A stretch of DNA of 64,000 nucleotides from Octopus vulgaris (GCA_951406725.2 OX597816.1:147374001-147438000), one strand, 5' to 3'; counted from the stretch's first letter, positions 1 through 13,468 are shown. Made by a program: numbers and translations. Notes: generated by a model from the letters alone, not told the origin.

Positions 1-5
1 AGTCA

Positions 6-240
6 AGTTTTGTTCAAGTAGTGAGTTCTTGTTGGGTGAGTTGTATCAGTTTTGTTCAAGTAGTGAGTTCTTGTTGGGTGAGTTGTATCCAATTATGGGT
101 GGCGTGTCTGGTATTCTTTGAAGGAATCTATCCAGACTCTGTTTGAAGTTGATGGGATCCTTTTCCTCTTTGATCTCCCTCGGGACAATGTTAAATAGGG
201 CAGGGCCTGTTGAGGAAAAGAAATTATGTTGCAGTGTACA
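6..240 (-). mobile_element. 3' end of a CR1-group LINE ORF2, with a 42-bp tandem duplication at its end
   Basis: Translation [20 protein letters not shown]...[16 protein letters not shown] is typical of CR1-group ORF2 C-termini. Positions 6-47 are identical to 48-89. Confidence 0.7.
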
Positions 241-258
241 TGTATGTTGTGATATATG

Positions 259-307
<49 letters not shown>

Positions 308-499
308 ATATATATATATGTATGTATGTATATATATATATGTATGTATGTATATATATATATGTATGTATGTATGTATGTATATATATATATATATATA
401 TAGTTATGTATGTATATATACATATATACACGCAAGAAAAAAACATCTCATGTACATTATATAATGAAGGTGATTTTACTATTCGAATTTTATAACAAA

Positions 500-2150
500 A
501 ATTTCACATCACGTCGCATTTTCTTGTAAATTACCGACTGAACAACTATGCAATTTGTACCAATTTGCAGATTACCACAAATGTATTTCGTTCCGAATGT
601 GAGATTAAATATGTCCATTGTAATTAATTTATAAATGCAGAATGAATAGGTATGTTTGTTAGCACTATATAATGTATTAATCTACATTTCATTATTTATT
701 TCCTCGTTTAGAAGATATCTCAGGTGTGTCACGCTTCAGGTTCCAGCAGAAGTCAGCCAGCATTTCTGAGCTCCATTTTCCCTTATACCTATTTGCTATC
801 GACGCTATATCTTGATGGAGCCTCTTTGCACGTTCATTACTCACATCTCCTGCATTCTCTGGGAAGAAGGAGAGATGAGAACGAAGAAAGTGTATCTTCA
901 GTGGAATATTGCATCCGAGATCTTGGCAGGACTTGAATCTCACTTGGTCACTTGGTACTTTCTTTGCATATATCTGTGAATGCATACCAGACCGCTAGTT
1001 CAGTTTCATTCATTGTCGCCTCGAAGCCCCCATCTGTTATAAGTTAACGAATCTGAAGGCCTGCAAGTATGCCCTCTTTAATCCTGGCATCATTTATTTT
1101 AAGCAAGATCGCCTTGTGTTACTGGAAATATCGTTTGTTATGTTGCAGTGGTTTGTTAAATTGCTTCACTAGGCCTAGTTTTACATGCAGCGGTGGCAAA
1201 ATGATTTTCTCCTTCTTAACTAGTTGCTCATGGTTTATATTATGGCATTCAGGCGTCATAGTTTCCCAAGGTGGCCATTCTGAGCGTACATAATGTTCTG
1301 ATCTTTGCAAAGGAAACACATATATTTAGTGTGTCCAGTTTGTAGCCCATTATGTAGAGCTACTGTTTTCAAGTCTGTACAAACTAGCCACTCATGCTCC
1401 TTATACCTTATGTTGTCTAGAATAAAAGCGAGGTTCCCATTTGTCTCTCTTAGAATGACTGAGTGAGCAATTGGAACTGAAGACATGGTGCTTCCAATGT
1501 GTAACAGAACAGCTTTTTATGCTATAAAGGGAAATATCTATGAATAGCCTCCAGTCATTTGTTTCATAGGTCAGCTCGAAGGCATTGAATAAATCTCTAT
1601 CATTACAATAAATTAAGATGTTTTCTTCAAATTGAAGAATTGCTGTAGATCTGCAGAATGCTTCCTAGATACTGTAATTGAAGCATCTTTATCCAACAAG
1701 TTCCATTGTCGCAGACGTGAAGCCAGGATTTCACTCTATTGCCAATTAAGTGTTAAATCACAAACTAGATCATAGAGTTGAGGTTAGGTGATGAGGTGCC
1801 GTTTCTTGTCAGATACATCATGGATTTGGACCCATTTAACTGTAAAAGTATTCAGTGTACTTTTATAATTTTCATAGGTTAGGTTTATAATTTCATAGGT
1901 TAGGTTTACAAATAGCTTAGGAACACCACATTAAAACTATATTAAAATCTGTTCATAATTTTTAGTGTTGTCAGTTTCAACCCAATCTTGTTTGCACTCA
2001 ATTTCTACAGAATTATCAGTGTGTTTAACGTAAGGTGGAAATGTACGAGAAACTGTAGGGTCACAGTAAGAAAAGGGTGTTATATACGTGATATACACAC
2101 AAAATACCCATAGAAAAGGTTATCCTCATTTCGTTTTTTTGTCATTGTTA
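500..2150 (-). mobile_element. Decayed DNA transposon, Chapaev3 (CMC)-like transposase pseudogene
   Basis: Frameshifted fragments: YKEHEWLVCTDLKTVAL..GLQTGHTKYMCFLC; LVKKEKIILPPLHVKLGLVKQF; LKIHFLRSHLSFFPEN.GDVSNE..KRLHQDI...RYKGKWSSEMLADFCW. Family assigned from recalled motifs; element ends approximate. Confidence 0.75.
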
Positions 2151-2171
2151 TACAAAATAATATATATATAT

Positions 2172-2304
<133 letters not shown>

Positions 2305-2681
2305 ATATAATATATTATAATATAATATATATATCGGTATATGTGTCTGTGCATGCATATATGTGTGCATATGTATATGCATGTGTATATATATATATGA
2401 GTAACTATATGGGTGTGTGGATATGTCGCTATGTATGCTTCTACATAGCCTATACGTTATGACACCCTTTTCGATCTCTAACTGACCAACCTATAATTAT
2501 TCATTTTTATCTTTGATTTACTTTATTCTCCTACATCCACTTTTTGCATACACACACATGTGTATATGAATGAGTATGTATGTATGAGTATATGTACATG
2601 GATATATATGCATGTGTGATTGTATATCTGTGTACAGCTGTATGTATGTCTACATGCATATATGTGTGTGTGTGCGTGCGC

Positions 2682-2712
<31 letters not shown>

Positions 2713-2859
2713 TGTGTGTGTTCGTTTGTTCGTACTTCCACGTTCCTACATATACAATGAATAACAAAGAGAAGTTTCGAAACCATTTTCAAGCGAGAAA
2801 CTCAAAACACAGTCATGATTTTGCAAATACCTGATGATTTATAAACATCTAAATATTCT

Positions 2860-3109
2860 GGCTTATTGATTAGGTTGTCAGCACCATGATCGTAAGATTG
2901 TGGTTTCGATTCCTGGACCGGGCGACGCGTAGTGTTCTTGAGCAAAACACTTCACTTCACGTTGCTCCAGTCCACTCAGCTGGCAAAAATGAGTAACACG
3001 GCTATGGACTGGCGTCTCGTCCAGCTACGGAACACATACGCCATAGAAACCGGGAAACCGGGCCCATGAGCCAGTCTAGGCTTTAAGAAGAGCGTATTTA
3101 TTTATTTTT
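2860..3109 (+). mobile_element. tRNA-derived SINE (family A1) with 10-bp TSD
   Basis: B-box-like GGTTTCGATTCC, a CORE/Meta-like central segment (gtgttcttgagcaaaacactt), and a 3' tail shared with the SINE at 34887. TSD taaatattct at 2850-2859 and 3110-3119. Confidence 0.8.
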
Positions 3110-3119
3110 TAAATATTCT

Positions 3120-3487
3120 TTTCTACTCTAGGCACAAGGCCCGAAATTTCTGGCGAGGGAGATACTCGATCAGATAGACTCCAGTATGCAACAACTTTTT
3201 AATTTATCGACCCCGAAGTGGGGATGGCAAATTCGACTTCGGCTGAATTTGAAATCAAAACGTAAAGACAGGTGAAATACCTATTTCTTTATTACCCACA
3301 AAGGGCTAAACACAGAGGGGACAAACAAGTACAGACAAACGGATTAAGTCGATTATAGTGCGTAACTGTTACTTAATTTATCGACCCCGAAAGGATGAAA
3401 GGCAACGTCGACCTCGGCGGAATTTGAACTCAGAACGTAACGGCAGGCGAAATACCGCCAAGCATTTCGCTAAGGTATCTGCTAGCC
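3120..3487 (-). mobile_element. Two adjacent or nested copies of SINE family B (abundant octopus-type SINE)
   Basis: The motif aatttatcgaccccgaa...ggc..gtcgac.tcggc.gaatttgaa.tca occurs twice here and recurs at 47120 and 51581. Confidence 0.8.
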
Positions 3488-3597
3488 TTATAAACATCAT
3501 CTAAATATTAAAGACGAAAACTCATCAGAGAATCCATCTGTTCATTTTCTCAAATATATATGTATGTGTGTGTGTGTGTGTGTGTGTTTGTGTGTTT

Positions 3598-3660
<63 letters not shown>

Positions 3661-4015
3661 TATACGTAAATATAAACACACCATACGCCACATACTTTAG
3701 ATCTAAAAGGAAGTAATAAAATGAAATAACACCTCTTGACCGTATCTGCTACTAAACTTCACCCATTTTTATTAGAATGGTTTTTATTCATGGTAGCTAT
3801 TACTGCTAAATATTTCTGCAAACTTTATCTTACTAATAAAGAGTCGAATAATTTTGCAACCATACACCCATATACATACATTCATGTATACACACGCGCA
3901 CGCACACATACACATATACATATACGTATATATGCATATCTATATCCGAGTAAGATATATATTTATGAATACATGTGTATACATACATATATACATACAT
4001 ACTTACATACATATG

Positions 4016-4046
<31 letters not shown>

Positions 4047-4227
4047 ATGTTAAGTTATGTGTCTTAATAGTTGTAAAGGACGTTTCGTTAAATAGTGAAG
4101 TTTGGGATCCCGATACAAAAATGTTATTGCTATTTCGCCACCTATACTTATATATGCACGTATGCAACGCAGTATAACTCTCACTTTCTTTCTCTCTCAC
4201 TCTATCAATTTATTTCTCTCTCTCTCC

Positions 4228-4283
<56 letters not shown>

Positions 4284-4636
4284 TGATATCCCTCGTATTC
4301 TCGCCTACTCATTTTGTCACCTCTTCTCTCCCCCGTTCTCTATCTCTTACGAACACAACCTAATCATTGCATTGAAACACGAACTTTAAACTTTGTTACG
4401 CTCACCTCGTGAAAACGTGCACTGATATTTTTCAGTAAAACATTTTCTTTATTTGAACATAACTTTGTATCCTGAATTTCATAGATGTACATATGTTTGT
4501 ACCACATGCATAAACACACACACAAACACACACGCACGCACATATAAACACACATATATTTATATATGCATATATATATACATGTTTACCACTCTAGATA
4601 GCAATGCCTCTCATATCTTCACTATATGCATATATA

Positions 4637-4673
<37 letters not shown>

Positions 4674-4817
4674 AAGTATTGTCAGTACAGTTTCATCAGA
4701 GCCTGTGCCTTAGGTCCGCTTCGAATTAAACTGGATGAAGAAAGAATTTGTTGTTTAGGGTTCAGTAGAAGGTTGCTATTAGTAGGAGCTTCACCTGGGG
4801 TTCACCCTCTACCATAG

Positions 4818-5397
4818 ATATCTCCTTAAGAGATGCTTGCATCTCTCCTGACACATGGGAAGATATAGCTATTGATCGTAGCAGGCGGAGAAGGATTGTG
4901 CACGAGGTGACAGCCACTTTTGAAAAATCTCGTGTTGCACATGAGAAAGTAAAGAGGGATGTCAGGAAAGGCATCGCTGTTACACTTCCAGGTGGGAAGG
5001 GTCTTCCTATGATGCTGACATACAGTGTTTGTGCAAGACCCTGCCTCAGTAAAGCTGGACTAAAGAGTCATCTTCGTAGTCATAATGCGAGACAGATGAG
5101 TGACAACCTGGCCACTGGTGGTGGTGTAGCACACCATACTAATCATATCTGTTGGGCATGTGGAAGAGAGTGTAATTCGGCAGGAGGACTTAAACGACAT
5201 GCAAAGGTACAAGAAGCCGAGTTACAACTACAGCCGGCTATTACCGGTAAAGGTTTTAGTTGCCAATTCTGTACAAGACGTTGTACATCTTTAGCTGGGT
5301 TAAAACGTCACATTCGATCACAGCACCAGTAACAGTTAAGCTTTGTGCAATGGCCATACTCGATAACGAGGGGGCAGCCATAATAATAATAATAATA

Positions 5398-5400
<3 letters not shown>
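4818..5400 (+). mobile_element. 5'-truncated RTE-clade LINE 3' end with three C2H2-like zinc fingers and a (TAA)n tail
   Basis: Reads ISPDTWEDIAIDRSRRRRIVHE (RTE W..A.DR..W motif, degenerate), then Y(C)SVCARPCLSKAGLKSHLRSH, CWACGRECNSAGGLKRH and CQFCTRRCTSLAGLKRHIRSQH. A short 3' UTR ends in gcagcca(taa)n. Confidence 0.8.
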
Positions 5401-5451
<51 letters not shown>

Positions 5452-7069
5452 TATGTATGTATGTATGTATGTATGTATATATAAATATATAAATATATAT
5501 ATATATATATGATTGATTGATTGATTCTAGTTTCAGCTCACGAGTTGTGGCCATGCTGGGGCACCGCCATTTATACATATATATATATATATATATATAT
5601 GTATAAAACTATATACATTAAGTGAGTTGTAAGGATATATTATGCTGGCGGATAACGTGTTTGCTCTTCGTTTGTTTCCAGATACTGACTAACACAATGA
5701 TCCGTATTCGATGCCCTCACCTACAATAAGTTAGACACTGGTAAATTTGTTCGTTGGATAGTTCCATGTGTCCTACCCATCACTTCAAATATCTCACGCT
5801 GTGTAACATAACGTCAATAATAATAAGAATGAAAGTTTGCACATAAATCATTTATATTACAGTAATTTACAGTATATCACCATGACCTACACCTTTTTCC
5901 ACTGCAGCGACTGTACATTGTTGCATATGCATCCTTGCAATATTGTCAATGCAGTTTTATCAGAGCCTGTGCCTTAGGTCCGCTTCGAATTAAACTGGAT
6001 GAAGAAAGAGTTTGCTGTTTAGGGTTCAGGAGCAACCTCACCTGTGGCTCACCCCTACCATAGCTCTAAGTGGACCATGGTCTTAAGTATGACAAGGATG
6101 TGTGTGTGTTTATTTTTGTCTTTACAGTGTTCTTAGTATTTCCTAATAGTTCTTTTTACTACCTGTTGTACTGAGTACATTGTCTACATATAAGTATTTA
6201 GTTAGCTTTCATTCATTTTGTGGGGTGGTTTGGTTGCTCCTTATTAATATCAAGTATTGTGTAATGTCTTCATATAAATTATCCAGATGTCCATTTGCGT
6301 AAGTATAGACAACTCAGTGTTCGTTCCTATCTCGAGTTTTCTAATATGTATTTTGAAGTGTAAATTTGGTAGAGTTTCTCCATGCACAGGCCACATTACT
6401 TCCCACCTATTCTATAAGGAACGAACACCGTTATTGTTATTCCTTACCTACAAAAACATTTACCATGTATTAGATAAAGCTAGAGAGTAAAGGAATGTCA
6501 TGACATGTGGTACACTAGTGTTTCATGCTGACAGAAATTTTTTAGTGAAGTTGTTTTTAAGTAATCTCTTCTTAATCACTACACACCCTAAAATTCCCTT
6601 TTAAGTAGCCTGCTGATAAAAAAAAACCTTTCTAGTATATTTCAACACTAATTTCCATGTCTTGTGTCATTAAAGAAATAACAGATTTCCTACAGAACAA
6701 CTAACTTGTAACATTGGTTTTCACTTGGTTATACGAACAGTAACAATAAGGAACTGTGTACTTCCAAAGATATATTTCTTTGTAGTCACCAATGCTCTAG
6801 CACATTTCATAACCTGAGATCATATACGTATTAATGGATGAAATTGTGTCTGCGAGAATTCCTGCGTGTACATGTCCGTTTCTGAGATGTGCATTTCTTT
6901 GTTTTCATATAAATTTATGAATATATGCATGAGTTTTATTTTACAAACGGAAGAAAACATACTCAATACATTAATCTTTGCCACGAAGAACCAAACTTTG
7001 ACTCCTTTATGTAGCTTCAGAACAACACCGTGCGTGCGCATATATATGTATATATCTGTGTGCGTATGC

Positions 7070-7302
<233 letters not shown>

Positions 7303-8253
7303 ATATATATAGAGAGGCAGGCACTCACACACACTTAGACACATACATTCATACATACATACATACATATATACATACATATGTATATGTGTGTGCATGA
7401 ATGTATGTATATTCTTAGTTTGTACATGTGTCGTTGTGTTCGTATGTTGATTCAATGCAGGATAAGTTTGAGTATTTCAGAAGTGAACATAAATTGTCTG
7501 TTTAAAGTTAAAGTGACATGTACATATGTAATGAATATGAAATAAATTCTAATCGCGAATAGAAACCGAATAACTAATTGTATTCAGCTATAGTTAAAAT
7601 CCAGGCTTAAAGTTTAATGATATACATACACTGAATAATCTATGAAGACGCACTAATACGCAACATATACTAATGAAGGAAATTTGTTGCGTGAGCATAT
7701 CCATATATCTGAAATCATAGAGACCATTCGGTTAATATATGCATGCATGCATGAATTTGCTAGCTTCAATATGCATGAACTATATTGAATATGTATGTAT
7801 TAAGTATATTTCAAACGTAACAATGATATTCTTAGATTAGAGTAAATTACACCTAGGTGATTGCTTTCTTTTTCAATAAATATAACAAATTCTCAATAGG
7901 TCTGGAAATATATTGATTAGAATAACTTTGCACGCAGTCAATAAAAGCGATCGGTCGATACACGTATAAAATTATTTAATAAGTTCTGGGTGTCACCACT
8001 TCAATGAAATACACACACAAATACACACACACAAACACACACTCATATACACACCGACACGCATATATACATATATAAATATGTATGTGTATATATATAT
8101 ATGTACATATATATATACATATATATTCATATTTGTTTGTGTGTCTATGTGTAAGTATGTACGTGCGTATGTGTGTGCACACACGGGTGACTGATAAATA
8201 TAAGAAAAACTCTTTGTAACTTTTTCCGCTATCTTTCAAGTGCGCGTGTGTTC

Positions 8254-8312
<59 letters not shown>

Positions 8313-8633
8313 TGTGTGTTTGTCCGTCCGTTTGTCTGTGTGTGTATTGATTTTTCAGTTCGACATAGTGATACTTATAATCAGATGTTGCAAGTCAATA
8401 TACATACACTTCAGAATAAAGGTAGCTATAAAGAAATGCACACGATCTCGGCTTTGAGTACACTGAATCTTATGCCGGAACACTCATAAGCTAATGAAGT
8501 TCAATATATAATCTCCCGTTTCTTTGTAATTTATTTAATTGCGGAAAAAGAGAATAAGTCTTAGAAACACTACTGAGGTCGATTCATTCAACAAGTTAAA
8601 AAGTATATATATAAAAGTTAAACAAGTTAAAAG

Positions 8634-8665
<32 letters not shown>

Positions 8666-8691
8666 AACATACATACATACTTAATACATAC

Positions 8692-8736
<45 letters not shown>

Positions 8737-8849
8737 ATCAAAATAAGCAACAAGAATAACTTCGGTAATTTGGTACGATCGTTACACGTTACATCATGTA
8801 GCCATCCATGTAGCCATCTAGCAGCCATCCTCTTGACTTAGGGCATCAC

Positions 8850-9775
8850 TACTTCCTCCAGACACTTTATATGGGCCCCCGGGTTGAGTCTGAACCCGTA
8901 TAGGAAGATGAATGGAGGCATAACGTCACCATCACTGGTGATCACGCCAAACAACATGATGTTGATTTTTATTACTCTCATGTATTGGGGACACGGCTAG
9001 TCAACATTTGTGTGCGTTTATCATCTGATCCTGGCAGAAACATTTTCTCGTCTGAGAAAAACCAAAGCATGTTCGGTTTGAGGGGATGTTTGAATTTGTT
9101 CAAAAGCTTTGTAGCGCAGTCTTTCTTAAGGCTTGTAAGAAAAATTGGCCCTTTCTCATCTTGTATGAGGAATACTGAATGTCATCCTGCACTACCTGCC
9201 TAATAAGTAAGTCCGACACTTCCATTTTCCTGGCGATAGATTGATTGACTTGGAGGTATCGTTGTTAATCATGGCTCGGATCTTATCAAAAAATTCAGTA
9301 GTTTTTTTTTTTTTCAAAACTATCAGAGTGAGTTTCTTAGCTCCATATCTCCGCAATAACTATCAGACTCATCCAACCCTTTCCGAATCCCCTGCATTGT
9401 CCTCAGATTGACACTCAGATACTCTGAAATGTTCGTATTGCAGCTTCCGCCGCGAATGCAAAGCGGTACAACATGTAGATTCCAAATTTCTGGCAGAGTG
9501 GATTGCGTCATGGTGCTGTTTTTCTCACACACACGTCTCAACTCACCCTACTACGCTGTGTAGTCGACAATATCAAAAACAAACAATGGGGGTGCGTGAT
9601 ATTGAAAATATAAAATAGCAACAGTTTACCCATCACACGAAGCTTTTGGACAAACGCAACCGAACATGCTTTGGTCTTCCTCAGACGAGAAAAATTTCTG
9701 CCAGGATCAGATGATGGACACACACAACAACCGTTGGCTTACTGTGTCCCCAAAGCATGTACCGAGTGTGATGAG
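8850..9775 (-). mobile_element. Tc1/mariner transposase remnant (minus strand, ~8850-9640) with an adjacent inverted internal fragment (plus strand, ~9641-9775)
   Basis: Minus strand reads PNMLWFFSDEK and NIMLFGVITSDGDVMPPFIFLYGFRLNPGAHIKCLEE. Plus strand reads PNMLWSSSDEKNFCQDQMMDTHNNRWL. Confidence 0.8.
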
Positions 9776-9789
9776 TGCCGAGAGTGACG

Positions 9790-10640
9790 GAGGTATTCGA
9801 CCGTAGCTGAACATCCCTTAGATGTTCGGTGAACCAGTCGGCCAATTGGCGGCCCGTCTCTGACCTACATATAGTTTACCACAGAGGTTGCTTCTAATAC
9901 AGTATATGGGGCTAGAAGAGGTGAAAGAGAAGGAATTTGTGATGTGAAGAGTGTGCTGGTTGGAACCAGTGAGGGAAGTAGTGTTGGTGATGAAGGGGCA
10001 GGTGTGGCAGCAGGATCTGGAGCACGGGAAGGATCCGGGTGGGGATGGGGGGAAAGAAGAGAAGGTGCTACGGACAAGGGTGGGTTGGGGAAGATGGGGC
10101 GGGTGATGAGATGGAGCTGGAGACGACCGAAGGCCCGTAGGATCCTCTGACGAAGGAGTAGGGTGGGGGTGGAAAAGGAGAGAGGGTGGGGTGCGATCGA
10201 TTCGACGAGCGTGGGCAATGGGGGGTTTGGACAAGGGTTGAAGGGTATCCTCAATGCATAAACAGGGCAATGTACTGGGACTGGGTCTCGAAATCCTGGT
10301 TCTGGATGCACAAGCATCGTAGGCGGAGAATGTGGGAGTAGGGGATGGCCCGTTTGATGTGGAAGGGATGGGAAGAGGAGAAGTTGAGGTAGAGGTGAGA
10401 TTCTGTGGGTTTAAAGAAGGCGGAGGTGGTGAGATAGTAGGAGGGAAGGTCAATGGTAAGAGAGATATCAAAGAAGTTAACCGACGTGTTAGAGATGATA
10501 GAAGTAAATTGGAGACTGAAGTGGATGTTAGAGAAAAAAGAGATGAAGTGACAGAGTTGTTTACGGGAGAGGGAGGTGGCCTCTAAACGGTGTCTATGTA
10601 ACGTCCGTATAGCTCTGGTGTCGGCCTGGAGAATTGGGAG
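9790..10640 (-). mobile_element. Penelope-like retroelement remnant (RT thumb, Cys linker, GIY-YIG endonuclease start)
   Basis: Frameshifted fragments: VNFFDISL...FKPTESHLYLNFSSSHPFHIKRAIPYSHILRLRCLC; GSFPCSRSCCHTCPFI...SFSFTSSSPIYCIRSNLCGKLYVGQ. Confidence 0.88.
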
Positions 10641-10647
10641 TGTATAT

Positions 10648-10738
<91 letters not shown>

Positions 10739-11475
10739 ATTTATGAGTGTGCATATATATGTCTAGTAAGGATACAGGCATGATTCAGTAATAAAATTTG
10801 CGTTTTTAGTTTATAGATTCCGATTTACTTATGTGGCATTTTAACTGTAAGTCATTTAGTTCTAACATCACATGTTTACAGTGTGTGGTCAGAAGGAAAA
10901 AAAGAATGTAAAATCAAATTACTAACATCACACCACAGTTTACAACCGCATATATATAGTGCAATCTGCCAACGAGGTTAAAGCATAATCCTATGAACAC
11001 ATACATGGCAACGAGTAACAAATTGCATAAACGATAAGACAGTTTCAAAATATGCACAGATATACCAAGCAAGCCAGAATCTTGCTAACTGCATCGCAGA
11101 CTACTACAAAATTATGTCGCTAAGACATAACTACTGAACTGCACTCAGAATTGTATCTTCCTCCAAACGCTAAAAATCTTCAAATCTCTTAAATATTTCA
11201 GACCAATAAGTTTCTCCCGATAAGTGGACTAATCTCATTCCTCTTTCCTCCTACAAGCACACACTAAGTAAATTTCTTACTAATAATGCCACTACAACGT
11301 TCCACATAACCTTCCGCAATATTCTCTACAATTAAAAAATTATCAGCAATTAAACATAGATATCCCCCAAAATATTGTACCTCAAAAAAACCGTTATGAG
11401 TAACCCTGTAGAGTACACAGATTCTGATGTGTGAGAGTGTGGAGAGGACACAGGTTTTATAGAGATATTCACATA

Positions 11476-11511
<36 letters not shown>

Positions 11512-12152
11512 AGACGCAATAGATATTCGTACGTTGGTACTTATATACTGTTATGAAGGAGAGAATAAAGTTCTAGCTTATGTGACAGTAAGCTGAACAA
11601 TATTATAATAGTTTGGCAGGCAAGCATATGCAGCAAAAGGAAGAAATAATTTGATAAATATGGTTTTAAATGATACTACTCGAAATATTGTTCTCTAGTT
11701 CTACAAAAGGATTTGTGCATATGTTATCAAACTAGTACATGTATACAACTCTGCTTATACTCAAATGAGTGATACATAGAAACTCTTGAACACTATATGT
11801 ATGTGAGTACGTGCGTATGTATATTTGCATAACGCTACGTTCGTAAATAACCTGAGCGTAAACAATAGGTAATATTTTCCTTGAAAAAGTTGATTTATAC
11901 AGAATTGAGATCAGTTTATTTTTCTGTCTGTGGAGTAATAAAGCAATGGTGTAAACGCTTTGTGAAATTGACAGAAAGATGCTCAGTTTGCATACATATT
12001 GTTTTCAAGTTATGGCGCAAAGCCAGCAACTTTCTGCGAAGAGTAAGTCGATTACACTCCAGTGCTCAACTGGTTCTTATTCTAAGGAAATGATGAAAGG
12101 CGAAGTCGTACTAAGAAAGTAAAAACTGTCGAAATATATATATATATATATA

Positions 12153-12654
12153 CTAGATGTTGGACCCGGCGTTGCTCGTCTTTTCCGTGTTGAAGATAAG
12201 CCTACCTCTAACCTTGTATTGAAATCTTCTAAGTTCCCTGTGCCAACTATTACCCATTAAGATGTTATATCTGGTTCGACAGGCTGTTGCAGGATGAGTA
12301 AACGTGTGGCAGTGGGAGCAAAAATGACCTGAGTAGGCGACGTAGTTTTGTTGACGGAGCGGCCATATACCGACATCAATTCCTCGATTTTCATCAAAAT
12401 CAGACAAAACATGCAAAGCTGCAGGAAATATATCATCATTATGGGAATTTCCATTCAAACGCCCGAGTGAGCTCACAAAAATCGATGCAAACTCTGCATT
12501 ATCGAGTTTTCGATAACTTCAGACCTTGTTTGAACTTCAGGGCACGTGATCTAACTATGTGCCAAACGTCTTTAAAATCGGTTGGACAGTGTGGGGGTAG
12601 TTAGAGTAACCCCAAACACAAACACAGATACCACTACACATTTATGTATATAGA
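12153..12654 (-). mobile_element. Non-autonomous Helitron (~500 bp)
   Basis: On the minus strand it starts A|TCtatatacataaat and ends ...gagcaacgccgggtccaacatCTAG|T. That gives TC...CTAG termini at an A|T site with a GC-rich subterminal segment. Confidence 0.75.
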
Positions 12655-12659
12655 TATGT

Positions 12660-13015
12660 GCAGGTGTGGCTGTGTGGAAGGAGACTTGTTTTCTAACCAC
12701 ATGGTTCTGGCTTATGTCCCACTGAGTGGTACATGAAGCCTCGGGTCTTGTGAGTGTATTTGGTACATGGAAACTGAAAGACGTCCGTCGTGTATATATA
12801 TATTTGTGTCACTGCTTGTCCCCCAACATCGCTTGACAATGCATGTGGGTTTGCTTACATCACTGTAGCTTAGCGGTTCGGCAAAAGAAATCTATGGAGT
12901 GAGTACTAGGCTTATAAAGAATAAGACCTGGGGTCGATTTGTTCGACCAAAGGCTTTGCTCCAGCATGGCCGCAGTCAAATGACTGAAGCAAGTAAAAAC
13001 AAAACGAATAAAAAA
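12660..13015 (+). mobile_element. SINE family C (octopus-type), degenerate full-length copy
   Basis: Head gcaggtgtggctgtgtgg...aaccacatggtt; tail gctccagcatggccgcagtcaaatgactgaagcaagtaaaa. Related copies at ~24935-25240 (+) and a tail fragment at ~5525-5570 (-). Confidence 0.75.
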
Positions 13016-13082
<67 letters not shown>

Positions 13083-13086
<4 letters not shown>

Positions 13087-13314
13087 GTTGACCAAAAGTC
13101 ACCTGACAGTAAACCAAGGCTATTTCATTCCAAGATTTGTTTATGTTTAACTAATGAATGAATTTAAGAAAAGCATCGAAATATGAAATATCATAAACAT
13201 TGTTCAAACTGAAACCCTTCTTGTAAACATCCATATTGGAATGAATAAATACAATTGAATATTACGTATTTAGGGAATTTTGATTTACTGCCGAGTGACA
13301 TTTGGCCAACCCTG
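13083..13314. mobile_element. Tc1/mariner-type MITE (232 bp) inserted in TA
   Basis: Imperfect 31-bp TIRs: cagagttgaccaaaagtcacctgacagtaaa and tttactgccgagtgacatttggccaaccctg. TA flanks both ends. Confidence 0.85.
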
Positions 13315-13468
13315 TATATATATATGGGAGCATAGACAGCCGACAACTGAAGAAGAGTCTTTCTCTGTGTCACTTATCTTGGTTTCCATTTGTTTCCATC
13401 GTTGTTTGCGTATTGAAATCAATTGTTTTCGTATTTCATGTTGTTTACCGTTAGTGACGTCCTGTACC

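Noticed and set aside
1862-1908. TTAGG-containing repeat as a telomeric or CRISPR-like array
   Set aside because: It is only a two-copy ~22-bp tandem duplication inside a transposon remnant.
2831-2860. Isolated CTGATGA heptamers (also ~27010, ~40357, ~50195, ~51260)
   Set aside because: No stem II plus GAAA or stem I pairing nearby; chance matches.
4898-5332. Host C2H2 zinc-finger gene
   Set aside because: It is preceded in frame by an RTE ORF motif and followed by a LINE-type (TAA)n tail, and it has no TGEKP linkers.
9818-10471. 217-aa proline/serine-rich protein
   Set aside because: It is a partly out-of-frame reading of the frameshifted Penelope ORF; only the C-terminal part is in the true frame.
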